NCBI GenBank assembly: GCA_964386865.1
Contig: CAYLUN010000010.1
Coordinates: forward strand, 20,754-84,753
Source: an uncultured Lentisphaeraceae bacterium
GTDB lineage: Bacteria > Verrucomicrobiota > Kiritimatiellia > RFP12 > UBA1067
Direction of reading: 5' to 3'
Length of the DNA: 64,000 nt
Shown here in pieces: positions 36,717 to 46,690 of this stretch; position 1 is the stretch's first letter, and every line of letters begins with the position of its first letter. The translations under genes and the position numbers were made by a program. Under the pieces are notes generated by a model. The model saw only the letters and a list, made by a program, of their open reading frames with translations, was not told the DNA's origin and made no database searches.

Positions 36717-36792
36717 TGGTGGAGCGAAGGAGATTCGAACTCCCGACCCCCACGTTGCGAACGTGATGCTCTACCAACTGAGCTATCGCCCC
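36717..36792 (-). tRNA. tRNA-Ala (anticodon CGC)
   Basis: Reverse complement GGGGCGATAGCTCAGTTGGTAGAGCATCACGTTCGCAACGTGGGGGTCGGGAGTTCGAATCTCCTTCGCTCCACCA. G3:U70 Ala identity pair. Anticodon loop TTCGCAA. Encoded CCA. Confidence 0.85.
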
Positions 36793-36949
36793 ATGGATTC
36801 CAAAAGTGGTGTTTAAGTTACCAAAACCAGAGGCTCGGGCGCAAGCGCGATTTTTAGCTCCGCGCAATCCTGCGGTGTTCGCCGGCATTGACAGCGCCGC
36901 CTCCTACGGTTACAGTCAACGCGATTGGTGATGGCCTGCGTCTCAGGCC

Positions 36950-37159
36950 GTGGCCGGCGTCCGGCAGAAGCTCGGCCTGGCCCAGGCCCAGTTTGCCAAG
37001 CTCGCCGGCGTCTCGACGTTGACCGTGTACAAGTGGGAGAAGGCCGGGGGCCGGATCAGGATGAGGGGGAATGCGCTTCAGGGCTTCGCCAGGGTCAAGG
37101 CCACGGGCAAGCGCCAGGCCAAGGCGGCGCTAGCGGGGCCCTTGGCGTCGGAGAAATGA
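36950..37159 (+). CDS. small XRE/Cro-C1-type HTH protein
   Basis: 69 aa from GTG 36950. 'LGLAQAQFAKLAGVSTLTVYKWEKAG' is a textbook HTH_3 motif. Stop overlaps the GH43 start (ATGA). No clear RBS, so tentative. Confidence 0.4.
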   Translation: MAGVRQKLGLAQAQFAKLAGVSTLTVYKWEKAGGRIRMRGNALQGFARVKATGKRQAKAALAGPLASEK

Positions 37160-38109
37160 AGATGCTGGCATCGGCACGCCTTTACTGTCTGGCTTTGATC
37201 CCGGCCCTCGTGGCCTGCACGCGGGCCTGGGCTGCGACGTACACCAACCCCGTCATCGGCGAAGAGGGGCCTGCGGATCCGGACGTGATCCTCAGCAACG
37301 GCACCTACTACCTGTACTGCACCGGCGATAACATCAGCTACCACGTCTACACCTCCCCCGACCTCGTGCGCTGGACGAAGAAGGGGCGCGTCTTCAAGCC
37401 CGGAGAGAAGGGTGTCTGGGCTCCCGACGTCTACGCGGATCCTCAAGACGGGCTCTTCTACCTGTACTACACGGTGAAGAAGCGGATCGGGGTCGCCGTG
37501 GCCAAAGGCCCCGAGGGGCCGTTCCTCGACCGGGCGAAGCTGGTCGACGACGCCATCGACGCGCACCTCTTCCGCGACGGTGACGGCAGGCTCTACCTCT
37601 ACTACGTGCAGTTCCCCGGCTTCCGCATCACCGTGCAGCGGATGAAGACGCCGCTCGAAAAGGAAGGTGACCCCGTCGAGATCTTGAAGCCTACGGAGCC
37701 CTGGGAGAAGAAGAGCGGGCACGTCACCGAAGGCCCGTTCATGCTCAAGCGTCAAGGCACGTACTATCTGATGTACTCCGGCACCGGCGCGGACTCGCCA
37801 AACTACGGCGTCGGCTACGCCACGTCGACCTCCCCGCTCGGCCCCTTCATGAAGTACTCGGGTAACCCGATCGTCAGCCGGGGCGGCGGCGTCTTCGGGC
37901 CCGGTCACGGCTGCGTCGTCGCCGACGCCGGGGGCGGGCTCTGGCACGTCTATCACCAGCAGCGGGACGAGAGCAGGGGCTGGAACAGGTTCCTGTGCAT
38001 GGATCCTGTGTGGTTCGACGCCGCGGGCGTCCTGCACGGGAAAGCCACACGCGGAACGCCGCAGCCCGCGCCGGCCACCGGACGTCTTATGGGCAAAGGC
38101 GAGCCATGA
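37156..38109 (+). CDS. glycoside hydrolase family 43 (beta-xylosidase/alpha-L-arabinofuranosidase-like), secreted
   Basis: Signal peptide MKMLASARLYCLALIPALVA. 'NPVIGEEGPADPDVI', 'VWAPDV', 'TEGPFM' five-bladed propeller GH43 motifs (catalytic D, D, E). Confidence 0.8.
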   Translation: MKMLASARLYCLALIPALVACTRAWAATYTNPVIGEEGPADPDVILSNGTYYLYCTGDNISYHVYTSPDLVRWTKKGRVFKPGEKGVWAPDVYADPQDGLFYLYYTVKKRIGVAVAKGPEGPFLDRAKLVDDAIDAHLFRDGDGRLYLYYVQFPGFRITVQRMKTPLEKEGDPVEILKPTEPWEKKSGHVTEGPFMLKRQGTYYLMYSGTGADSPNYGVGYATSTSPLGPFMKYSGNPIVSRGGGVFGPGHGCVVADAGGGLWHVYHQQRDESRGWNRFLCMDPVWFDAAGVLHGKATRGTPQPAPATGRLMGKGEP

Positions 38110-38115
38110 CCGACC

Positions 38116-38406
38116 ATGACGTCCATGGATGACAACGAAGAAAGACGGATTGAAAGGCTTCGCAGCATTGAGCGTCTGTTCGACGGTGCGACCACGCCCG
38201 GCGAACGCCCGGCCGCCGCCAGCGCCATGGAGCGGATCCGGCAACGCCTGGGCGAGATGAAAGACGCGGCCCCGGCCACGGAGTACAAATTCACGCTGGG
38301 CGACGGCTGGTCGAGGAGCCTGTTCGTAGCCTTGCTCCGCCGTTACGGGCTCAAGCCTTACCGCTACAGCGACCAGCGCCGGGCCACGGCCATGATTGGG
38401 GCTTAA
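38116..38406 (+). CDS. hypothetical small protein
   Basis: 96-aa ORF immediately after GH43. Charged/hydrophilic composition. No recognisable motif. Confidence 0.3.
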   Translation: MTSMDDNEERRIERLRSIERLFDGATTPGERPAAASAMERIRQRLGEMKDAAPATEYKFTLGDGWSRSLFVALLRRYGLKPYRYSDQRRATAMIGA

Positions 38407-38477
38407 CTGTCTTTGCCCGTCAAGCTGAATAGTCGAAAAAGCCCAGTCAAACAGCGTTTCTTTATGGGCTTTAGCAG

Positions 38478-38554
38478 TGGCGCCCCTGGCAGGACTTGAA
38501 CCTGCGACCCACGGATTAGAAATCCGTTGCTCTATCCGACTGAGCTACAGGGGC
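38478..38554 (-). tRNA. tRNA-Arg (anticodon UCU)
   Basis: Reverse complement GCCCCTGTAGCTCAGTCGGATAGAGCAACGGATTTCTAATCCGTGGGTCGCAGGTTCAAGTCCTGCCAGGGGCGCCA. Anticodon loop TTTCTAA. Encoded CCA. Confidence 0.85.
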
Positions 38555-38767
38555 GTGGAATGGGCAATAGAATATCGGAGTGACGGCGCGGTTGGAAGAG
38601 AAAAGTGGCCCGGCGGCGGACGGCGGGGCGGAGGTTCGAGAGGCGGGCGGCCTCCGGCGTGTGGCGCACGCGAAAACGGGACGCTTGACCGGCGGGGGGC
38701 GTCAGGGTAAAGTATGGCCCTCACAGATATCCGAGTGGTAGCGGTTTTGAACAGCGAGGAGTATGAG

Positions 38768-39448
38768 ATGAATTTGACAACAGGCGCTCAGTTGCAGCGC
38801 GGCGTGATCGTGGAGTTCGATTTTGCGGTTCTTCCGGGGCACCGGACTCTGCTGGACATCTGCAGCGCGCGGCTCGCGAAAGAGGGCGTCAAGCTCGACG
38901 CGACCCTGATGGCGCGCTGCATGGCCGGCAAGTCGTTCTCCGCCGGGCTCAACGCGCTCTGCAACCGCCAGCAGAAGACCGTCGACGTGCCCGCGGTGAT
39001 CGCGGAGTGCAACGAGGCGTTCGCCGAAGCCCTCAAAGGCGCGCTGGGCAAGGTGCCGGCCGGCTTCTCCGCGTTCGTGGGCGCGCTGCTCGCCAAAGGC
39101 CTGAAGGTGGTGCTGGTGTCGCGCGCCGACGCGGATGCGGTGAAGGCCGCCTTCGCGGGCCACGCGACCGACAAGCTGTCGGTTCTGCACGACATCTCAA
39201 GCGGGTTCGGCTTCCTCGGCTGGGACGCTTGGCGCCGCGCCGCGCGCAAAAGCGACCTGCATGAGCGGCTGTGCGTGGCCGTGGCCGGCAGCGGCTCTTC
39301 GGTGAAGGGCGCGCTGACCTCCGGCATGGGCGTGCTGGTCAAGGTCAACCCCGTGTGCGAATATCAGGACATCAGCGGGTGCGACACGCAGATCGCCGAG
39401 TACGCGGCCGGGCTGGCCGACGACGTGCTCCGCATCCTGCGCGTCTAG
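38768..39448 (+). CDS. hypothetical protein, possibly degenerate HAD-like fold
   Basis: GAGGAG RBS 6 nt before ATG 38768. 'VIVEFDFAVL' resembles HAD motif I but lacks the second Asp. Function unknown. Confidence 0.45.
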   Translation: MNLTTGAQLQRGVIVEFDFAVLPGHRTLLDICSARLAKEGVKLDATLMARCMAGKSFSAGLNALCNRQQKTVDVPAVIAECNEAFAEALKGALGKVPAGFSAFVGALLAKGLKVVLVSRADADAVKAAFAGHATDKLSVLHDISSGFGFLGWDAWRRAARKSDLHERLCVAVAGSGSSVKGALTSGMGVLVKVNPVCEYQDISGCDTQIAEYAAGLADDVLRILRV

Positions 39449-39486
39449 GGCCGGACTGGCGGCTGGCAGACCGAGTATTTGACGCG

Positions 39487-39521
39487 GCCCCGTTTCGGCG
39501 AAACGGGGCCTGGTTTTTTTT
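39487..39521 (+). terminator. rho-independent terminator
   Basis: Perfect 10-bp stem GCCCCGTTTC-GGC-GAAACGGGGC followed by CTGGTTTTTTTT. Confidence 0.7.
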
Positions 39522-39534
39522 CGGAGGGCGGGCG

Positions 39535-40335
39535 ATGGCGGAGACGTTGGATGGGGTCGGGAGGCTGGTGGAGGTCATGCGGCGCCTGCGCGCGCCTGGC
39601 GGGTGCCCGTGGGACCGCGAGCAGACGCTGCAGACGCTGAAGCCGTGCCTGCTGGAGGAGACGTACGAGCTGCTGGAGGCGATGGACGGCGAGGAGCTGG
39701 AGCTGCACGTGGAGGAGCTGGGCGACGTGCTCCTGCAGGTGGTGTTCCAGTGCGCGATCCGCGAGGAGGAGGGGCGCTTCACGTTCGACGACGTCGCGGC
39801 CGCGCTGGCCGACAAGCTCGTCCGCCGGCACCCGCACGTCTTCGGCGAGGCCACCGTGAGCTCCTCGGGCGAGGTGCTGCGCAACTGGGAGGCGATCAAG
39901 CAGACCGAGAAGGGCAAGAAGCCGGACCGCTCGGCGATCGACGGCGTGCCGGCGGCGCTGCCGGCGCTGCTGAAGGCCCAGCGCCTGCAGTCCAAGGCGT
40001 CGCGCGTGGGCTTCGACTGGAAGGACGCTTCGGGGCCGGTCGCGAAGCTCGAGGAGGAGCTGGCGGAGCTGCGCGAGGCCGTGGCGTCGGGCGACCCGCA
40101 GCAGGTGGCGGGCGAGATGGGCGACCTCCTTTTTTCGGCGGTCAACACCTGCCGGTTCATCGGCGTCGACGCCGAGCACGCGCTCGAGGGCTCCAACAAG
40201 AAGTTCGCGCGCCGCTTCCGGGAGGTCGAGCGCCGCGTCCGCGAGCAGGGCCGGCCCTTGAAATCCTGCACGCTGGCGGAGCTGGACGAGGTCTGGGAGG
40301 CGGTCAAGCGCGAGGAGCAGACGCCTTACAAATAA
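39535..40335 (+). CDS. mazG: nucleoside triphosphate pyrophosphohydrolase MazG
   Basis: 266 aa. Tandem MazG domains: 'CPWDREQT', 'EETYELLEA', 'EELGDVLLQV'; second repeat 'EEELAEL...GEMGDLLFSAV'. Confidence 0.85.
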   Translation: MAETLDGVGRLVEVMRRLRAPGGCPWDREQTLQTLKPCLLEETYELLEAMDGEELELHVEELGDVLLQVVFQCAIREEEGRFTFDDVAAALADKLVRRHPHVFGEATVSSSGEVLRNWEAIKQTEKGKKPDRSAIDGVPAALPALLKAQRLQSKASRVGFDWKDASGPVAKLEEELAELREAVASGDPQQVAGEMGDLLFSAVNTCRFIGVDAEHALEGSNKKFARRFREVERRVREQGRPLKSCTLAELDEVWEAVKREEQTPYK

Positions 40336-40429
40336 GTAATAGTCGGCGGGGAGAGTTTGCTTGCTTCAGCCAAACAAACATGGCAGACTTGACCCGTAAC
40401 GTGACCCGATTCGTTTTTTGGAGAAGCTG

Positions 40430-40672
40430 ATGTCTGTGGAGGAGAGGGCCGAAGCGAAAACCGCGCTGCCGCGGCCGGTGATCGACACCGACGAGTGCAA
40501 GAGCTGCGGGCGGTGTGTGGTGGCGTGCCCCCAGAAGTGCCTGCGGCTTGCCGGCCGCCTCAACCGCCGCGGGGTGCACCCCGTCGAGTACGCGGGAGCA
40601 GGGTGCACGGGATGCGGGGTCTGCTTCTACAACTGCCCCGAGCCCTACGTGATTGCGATTCAGAAGGCGTAG
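40430..40672 (+). CDS. 2-oxoacid:ferredoxin oxidoreductase delta subunit (2x[4Fe-4S] ferredoxin)
   Basis: '[12 protein letters not shown]' and '[12 protein letters not shown]' motifs. GGAG RBS upstream of ATG 40430. Confidence 0.75.
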   Translation: MSVEERAEAKTALPRPVIDTDECKSCGRCVVACPQKCLRLAGRLNRRGVHPVEYAGAGCTGCGVCFYNCPEPYVIAIQKA

Positions 40673-40728
40673 CTGAACGGGGAGTCCGGTCGCGTGCGCG
40701 CGTGTGCGAAGGGAATGAAGTAGCAAGC

Positions 40729-41784
40729 ATGACGAGGTTTGTCAAAGGCAACGAGGCCGTAGTCATCGGCGCGCTATACGCCGGCAGCGATGTCTACTTT
40801 GGCTATCCGATCACGCCCGCGAGCGAGATCGCCCACGCGGCAGCCGAGTGGTTCCCCGCGGTGGGGCGCGAGTTCCTTCAGGCCGAGTGCGAGACCGCCT
40901 CCATCAACATGGTTTACGGGGCCGCCACCGCCGGGCGGCTGGCGCTCACGGCCTCCTCCGGCCCCGGCATGAGCCTGATGCAGGAGGGACTCTCCTACAT
41001 GGCCGGCGCGGAGCTGCCCGGCGTCATCGTGAACATCATGCGCTCCGGCCCTGGCTTGGGCAACGTTTACCCTGAGCAGAGCGACTACAACCAGGCGGTC
41101 AAGGGCGGCGGCCACGGCAACTACCGGTGCGTGGTTCTGGCGCCGGCCAGCGTCCAGGAGATGTGCGACCTGACGATCAAGGCCTTCCAAATGTCTTTTG
41201 CCTATCGCACGCCGGCCATCCTGCTGGCCGACGGGCTGCTGGGCCAGATGATGGAGACGCTGGCCCTGCCTGAGCGCGAGCTGCCGCGGCCCGACACGAC
41301 CTCCTGGTCCGTGCAAGGCACGGCGGCCACGCGGCGCAACCTCGTGACCTCGATCTTCCTCGACGTCAAGGCGCAGGAGGCGCACAACCTCAAGCTGCAG
41401 GCGAAGTACGCGGAGATGGACCGCGAATCGTACCACGAGGCCTACCTGTGCGAGGACGCGGAGGTCGTGCTGATCGGCTACGGGATCTCGAGCCGGATCG
41501 CCCGCACCGCAGCCGAGGCGCTGCGCGCCAGAGGCGTCCGCGCGGGCGTGTTCCGGCCGATTTCGCTGAGCCCGTTCCCGGCGGAGGCGCTGTGCCGGTT
41601 GACCGAAGGTCGCCAGGCGCTGGTGGTGGAGCACAGCGTGGGCCAGTTCCGCGACGACGTGCAGTTTCACCTGGCCCGCGAGGGCCGGCGCTATCAGGAG
41701 GTCGGGCTGGTCAACCGCCTCGGGGGCACGATCGTGACCGTGGACGAGGTGACGGCCGCGGCAGAACAGGCGCTGGGTCGGTAA
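40729..41784 (+). CDS. 2-oxoacid:ferredoxin oxidoreductase alpha subunit (PorA/KorA-like)
   Basis: 351 aa. '[10 protein letters not shown]', '[11 protein letters not shown]' POR_N domain motifs. Confidence 0.8.
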   Translation: MTRFVKGNEAVVIGALYAGSDVYFGYPITPASEIAHAAAEWFPAVGREFLQAECETASINMVYGAATAGRLALTASSGPGMSLMQEGLSYMAGAELPGVIVNIMRSGPGLGNVYPEQSDYNQAVKGGGHGNYRCVVLAPASVQEMCDLTIKAFQMSFAYRTPAILLADGLLGQMMETLALPERELPRPDTTSWSVQGTAATRRNLVTSIFLDVKAQEAHNLKLQAKYAEMDRESYHEAYLCEDAEVVLIGYGISSRIARTAAEALRARGVRAGVFRPISLSPFPAEALCRLTEGRQALVVEHSVGQFRDDVQFHLAREGRRYQEVGLVNRLGGTIVTVDEVTAAAEQALGR

Positions 41785-41816
41785 GACGCGCGCGCGGCGC
41801 GGAGAGGCTTTTCGGA

Positions 41817-43244
<1,428 letters not shown>

Positions 43245-43284
43245 CGAAAGCCCCGCGTGAAGGCGCGGTCCGTAGGGGTGCGCG

Positions 43285-45393
43285 ATGGGTGCTCGATTCC
43301 AGAGAGACTGGCTGCCGGCGTCGGCCGTTTTTTGCGGCTCGTTCCTGCTTTTCCTGATCCAGCCCCTGCTCGGCCGCACGCTCCTGCCGGTGTTCGGCGG
43401 CAGCGCGGCGGTGTGGGGCGTGTGCCTCGCCGCCTATCAGGTGCTGCTGCTGGTCGGGTATGCGTACGCGCACGGTCTCAGCCAGTGGCCGCTGCAGCGG
43501 CAGCACCGCGCGCACCGGGCGCTCTTGCTCGCCGCGGTTGTGTGGTCGTGCGCCGTGGCGGTCTGGGGCAGCCGGCTCAAGGCAGCCTTCGGCGGCTCGT
43601 CTGCGCCGGCGCTGGAGGTGCTCGTCTGCGTGCTGGTGTTTGTGGGCCTGCCGTATGTGCTGCTGGCGTCCGGAAGCACGCTGGTGCAGGCCTGGCTGGC
43701 GGGCGCGGGCGCTCAGGAGCGCGGCGGGAAACCCCGCGACGTGTACGCGCTTTACGCCGTGTCGAACGCCGGATCCCTGCTGGGCTTGCTGAGCTACCCG
43801 CTCGCGCTGGAGCCGTTCGTGCCCCTGACCGCGCAGTGGTGCGGCTTTGCGGCCGCGCTGGGCGGGTACCTCGTTCTCGTCGCGCGACTGGGCGCGCGGA
43901 TGCCCGCGGAGGCGGGCGCCGGTCGGCCGGCCCTGGCGGCGGCGAGCAAACCCGCGAAGGCGGCCCCTTTCCAGTGGTTCCTCCTTCCGGCCGCGAGCAC
44001 GTTTCTGCTCAACGCGGTGATCGCGCATCTGTTCACAGACGTCACGCCGATGCCGCTGGTTTGGGCGCTCATGCTTGCGGTCTATCTGCTCAGCTACATC
44101 GTGGGTTTTTCTTCCGCCGGCGAAAGGGGGCGCGGCCTGTGGTGCGCGCTGGCCGCCTTGGCGCTGGCCGGCGCGGCGGCGGCGAACGGGATGTGGGGCA
44201 CGGGGAGTTTCTATCCAAATGCGGCGGCGGCCGCCGCGCTGGTTTTCTTCGCAGGCGTGGTGCTGCACGGCTGGCTGTATGCCGAGCGCCCGGAGAGCGC
44301 GCGGCTGACGCGATATTATCTCTCCATCGCAGGGGGAGGCGCGAGCGGCGGGCTGCTCGCCTCCCTGGTCGCGCCGCTTGTCTTCTCCCGCGTGTTCGAA
44401 TATCCGCTGGCGCTTCTGGCCTGCGCCGTGCTGGTGGCGTGGCGCTGTCCGAAGCCCGCTTTCATCGGGCGTTCGCCGGCGAGGGCCCGCCTCGTGGTCG
44501 CGTGCGCCGGCCTGGCTTGGCTGGCCCTTTCGTGGGCCTTGGCGCGGCATACGCAGTCGCTCACGATCTTCGCCGGACGGAATTTCTACGGCTCCCTGCG
44601 GGTTACCAAGACGGTGGAGTCGTTCGGACGTGACGGGGCATATCCGGTTCATTACCTGTGGTGCGGGCAAACCACGCACGGCATTCAGGTGCAGTCGCCG
44701 AAACTGAGAAGGCAAGGCACGTCGTATTACGGCCAGGCGGGAGGGGGCATCGCGTTTCTTGCCCACCCGAAGTACCGCGCTGGACAAGGGGTCAAGGTGG
44801 GCGTGGTCGGCCTGGGGGCGGGCTGCTTGGCCTGCTACGGCCGGGCGGGCGACCTGTTCCGTTTCTACGAGATCAACCCCATGATGGTGCGCGTGGCGAC
44901 CGACCCCAACCTCTTTACGTTTCTGCCGGAGGCTCCGATGCGGATCGACCTGGTGCCGGGCGACGCGAGGAGGATGCTGCAGAAGGAGCGCGCCGCAGGA
45001 GACCCGCTCTACGACATCGTGGTCGTGGACGCGTACAACGGCGACGCCGTCCCGTATCACCTGGCGACGGGCGAGGCCTTCAAGCTCTACTTCGACCGGC
45101 TCGCACCCGATGGCATCTTGGCCGTTCACGTGAGCAACTGGCACATCGACCTGCTGCCCCTCTGCAAGGCGATGGCGCAAGAACTGGGCGCCTGCGCCTA
45201 CGGCGTGATCAGCGCGCAAGAGAACAGCGTGACCGCCGGCTCCATCTGGGTCTTCATGACCCGGCGCCCGTTCCTGTACCGGTATCCGGGCAAAGAGCGG
45301 GTGCGCGAGGTGTCGTGGGAGCAGGTGCGCGACAGCCGCGTGCCGACGGACGAGAAGGGGAGCCTGCTTCCGCTTCTGAGGAACCCGTTCTGA
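43285..45393 (+). CDS. fused polytopic membrane (MFS-like) / spermidine-synthase-like protein
   Basis: N-terminal ~450 aa multi-TM. C-terminal 'DIVVVDAYNGDAVPYHLATGEAF' spermine/spermidine synthase motif. Confidence 0.75.
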   Translation: MGARFQRDWLPASAVFCGSFLLFLIQPLLGRTLLPVFGGSAAVWGVCLAAYQVLLLVGYAYAHGLSQWPLQRQHRAHRALLLAAVVWSCAVAVWGSRLKAAFGGSSAPALEVLVCVLVFVGLPYVLLASGSTLVQAWLAGAGAQERGGKPRDVYALYAVSNAGSLLGLLSYPLALEPFVPLTAQWCGFAAALGGYLVLVARLGARMPAEAGAGRPALAAASKPAKAAPFQWFLLPAASTFLLNAVIAHLFTDVTPMPLVWALMLAVYLLSYIVGFSSAGERGRGLWCALAALALAGAAAANGMWGTGSFYPNAAAAAALVFFAGVVLHGWLYAERPESARLTRYYLSIAGGGASGGLLASLVAPLVFSRVFEYPLALLACAVLVAWRCPKPAFIGRSPARARLVVACAGLAWLALSWALARHTQSLTIFAGRNFYGSLRVTKTVESFGRDGAYPVHYLWCGQTTHGIQVQSPKLRRQGTSYYGQAGGGIAFLAHPKYRAGQGVKVGVVGLGAGCLACYGRAGDLFRFYEINPMMVRVATDPNLFTFLPEAPMRIDLVPGDARRMLQKERAAGDPLYDIVVVDAYNGDAVPYHLATGEAFKLYFDRLAPDGILAVHVSNWHIDLLPLCKAMAQELGACAYGVISAQENSVTAGSIWVFMTRRPFLYRYPGKERVREVSWEQVRDSRVPTDEKGSLLPLLRNPF

Positions 45394-45480
45394 TCGGAGC
45401 GGGACGGTTGCTCGGCCCCGGCTCGGCTGGTATACTGCAGCCCTGACACGGGGAGGAAGCGAGCAGGGGGTGCATCCGTC

Positions 45481-46491
45481 ATGCCAGGCCCACGCAAAAT
45501 CGTTTTTACCGACGGGCGCGAGACCCATCGCGCCGACGACTGCCTGCCGCTGACGCGGGCGGTCGCAGCCGGCGAGATGGAGCTGCACGCGCTGGCCCGG
45601 CACAGCTATCCGGGCGAGGCGCTGAAGGCCGGCGAGGCGCCGGGCGTCTGCTCGGTCGGGTACTGGCGGACGGTCGGCGAGCAGCGGCACGGCTTGGCTC
45701 CGCACCGCAACGAGGGCGTCGAGCTGACGATGTCGCTGTCGGGCGAGACGCCGGTGACGGTGGAGGGCCAGCCGTATGTGCTTCGCCCCGGCGAGCTGAT
45801 GGTGACGCGGCCGTGGCAGGTCCACTCGGTCGGCAGCCCCGTCTTCGCAGCCGGCAAGGTGGGGTGGCTCATCCTCGACGTCGGCGTGCGCCACCCGCAT
45901 CAGGCGTGGCGCTGGCCGGCGTGGGTCGTGCTGACGCAGGAGGAGGTCGATTTCCTGACGCGCGCGCTGCGCCAGAATGAGGATGCGATCCGCCCGGTCC
46001 CCGACTCGCTGGCGGAGTCGTTCGGCCGCCTGGTGCGGATCGCCGGGCGTCCGGACGCGCCGCACCGCGGCTCGCGGGTCGTGGTGGCGGTGAACGCGCT
46101 GCTGCTGGAGCTGTTCGACCTGTTCGAGGCCCGCCCGGTCCGCTACAGCCCGGCGCTGACCGACGCCTCGCGCAGCGTGCGGCTGTTCTTGGCGGAGCTG
46201 CGCGCGCGGCTGGCCGAGCCGTGGAGCGTGCGCAGCATGGCCGAGGCGTGCGGGCTGGGCGCGACACACTTCACGCGGCACGTCCAGCTGGTGACCGGCG
46301 AGTCGCCCGCGCACCACTTGCTCGGGCTGCGGCTTGAGCAGGCCGCGCGGCGGCTGCGCCAGGAGCCGGGCGTGCCGGTCGCCGAGATCGCCCGGCACGT
46401 CGGCTTCTCGCACGCCAACTACTTCGCCCGCGTCTTTGTGCAGCGCTACGGCTGCACGCCGGCGGCGTGGCGGAACAAGAAGTGCCCATGA
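45481..46491 (+). CDS. AraC-family transcriptional regulator (cupin sensor + HTH)
   Basis: C-terminal AraC HTH 'MAEACGLGATHFTRHVQLVTGESPAHH...IARHVGFSHANYFARVF'. Confidence 0.85.
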   Translation: MPGPRKIVFTDGRETHRADDCLPLTRAVAAGEMELHALARHSYPGEALKAGEAPGVCSVGYWRTVGEQRHGLAPHRNEGVELTMSLSGETPVTVEGQPYVLRPGELMVTRPWQVHSVGSPVFAAGKVGWLILDVGVRHPHQAWRWPAWVVLTQEEVDFLTRALRQNEDAIRPVPDSLAESFGRLVRIAGRPDAPHRGSRVVVAVNALLLELFDLFEARPVRYSPALTDASRSVRLFLAELRARLAEPWSVRSMAEACGLGATHFTRHVQLVTGESPAHHLLGLRLEQAARRLRQEPGVPVAEIARHVGFSHANYFARVFVQRYGCTPAAWRNKKCP

Positions 46492-46540
46492 GCCCCGCGT
46501 CGCCGGGAAGCGGAACGGCCGGCCGGCAAACTCCATTTTC

Positions 46541-46661
46541 GATTCCGCTGAAAAAGTCGGCGGGCGGCGGTGAATCGAACGAAAATGCCCTCACGGGCAC
46601 ACAAACGGGTGCGAAGCGTTCGTAGTGGCGCCGTCAGGCGCTTAAAGCCGACTTCTTCAGC
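46541..46661. mobile_element. MITE-like nonautonomous element, copy 1 (~121 bp) with terminal inverted repeats, flanked by 13-bp direct repeat AAACTCCATTTTC
   Basis: Left end GATTCCGCTGAAAAAGTCGGCG. Right end GCCGACTTCTTCAGC (truncated TIR). Direct repeats at 46528-46540 and 46662-46674. ~90% identical to copy at 52988-53113. Confidence 0.55.
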
Positions 46662-46690
46662 AAACTCCATTTTCAAGGGCTGACCCCTGC

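Noticed and set aside
39271-39534. Upstream extension of the mazG ORF starting at 39271
   Set aside because: It overlaps the preceding gene and a strong rho-independent terminator (39487-39521). MazG homology begins at MAETLDGVG (ATG 39535).
46446-46676. 76-aa ORF (MKMEFAEEVGFKRLTAPLRTLRTRL...) and its twin at 52907..53092
   Set aside because: Both lie entirely within the two MITE-like repeat copies. Their similarity reflects the DNA repeat rather than a conserved protein, and there is no RBS.
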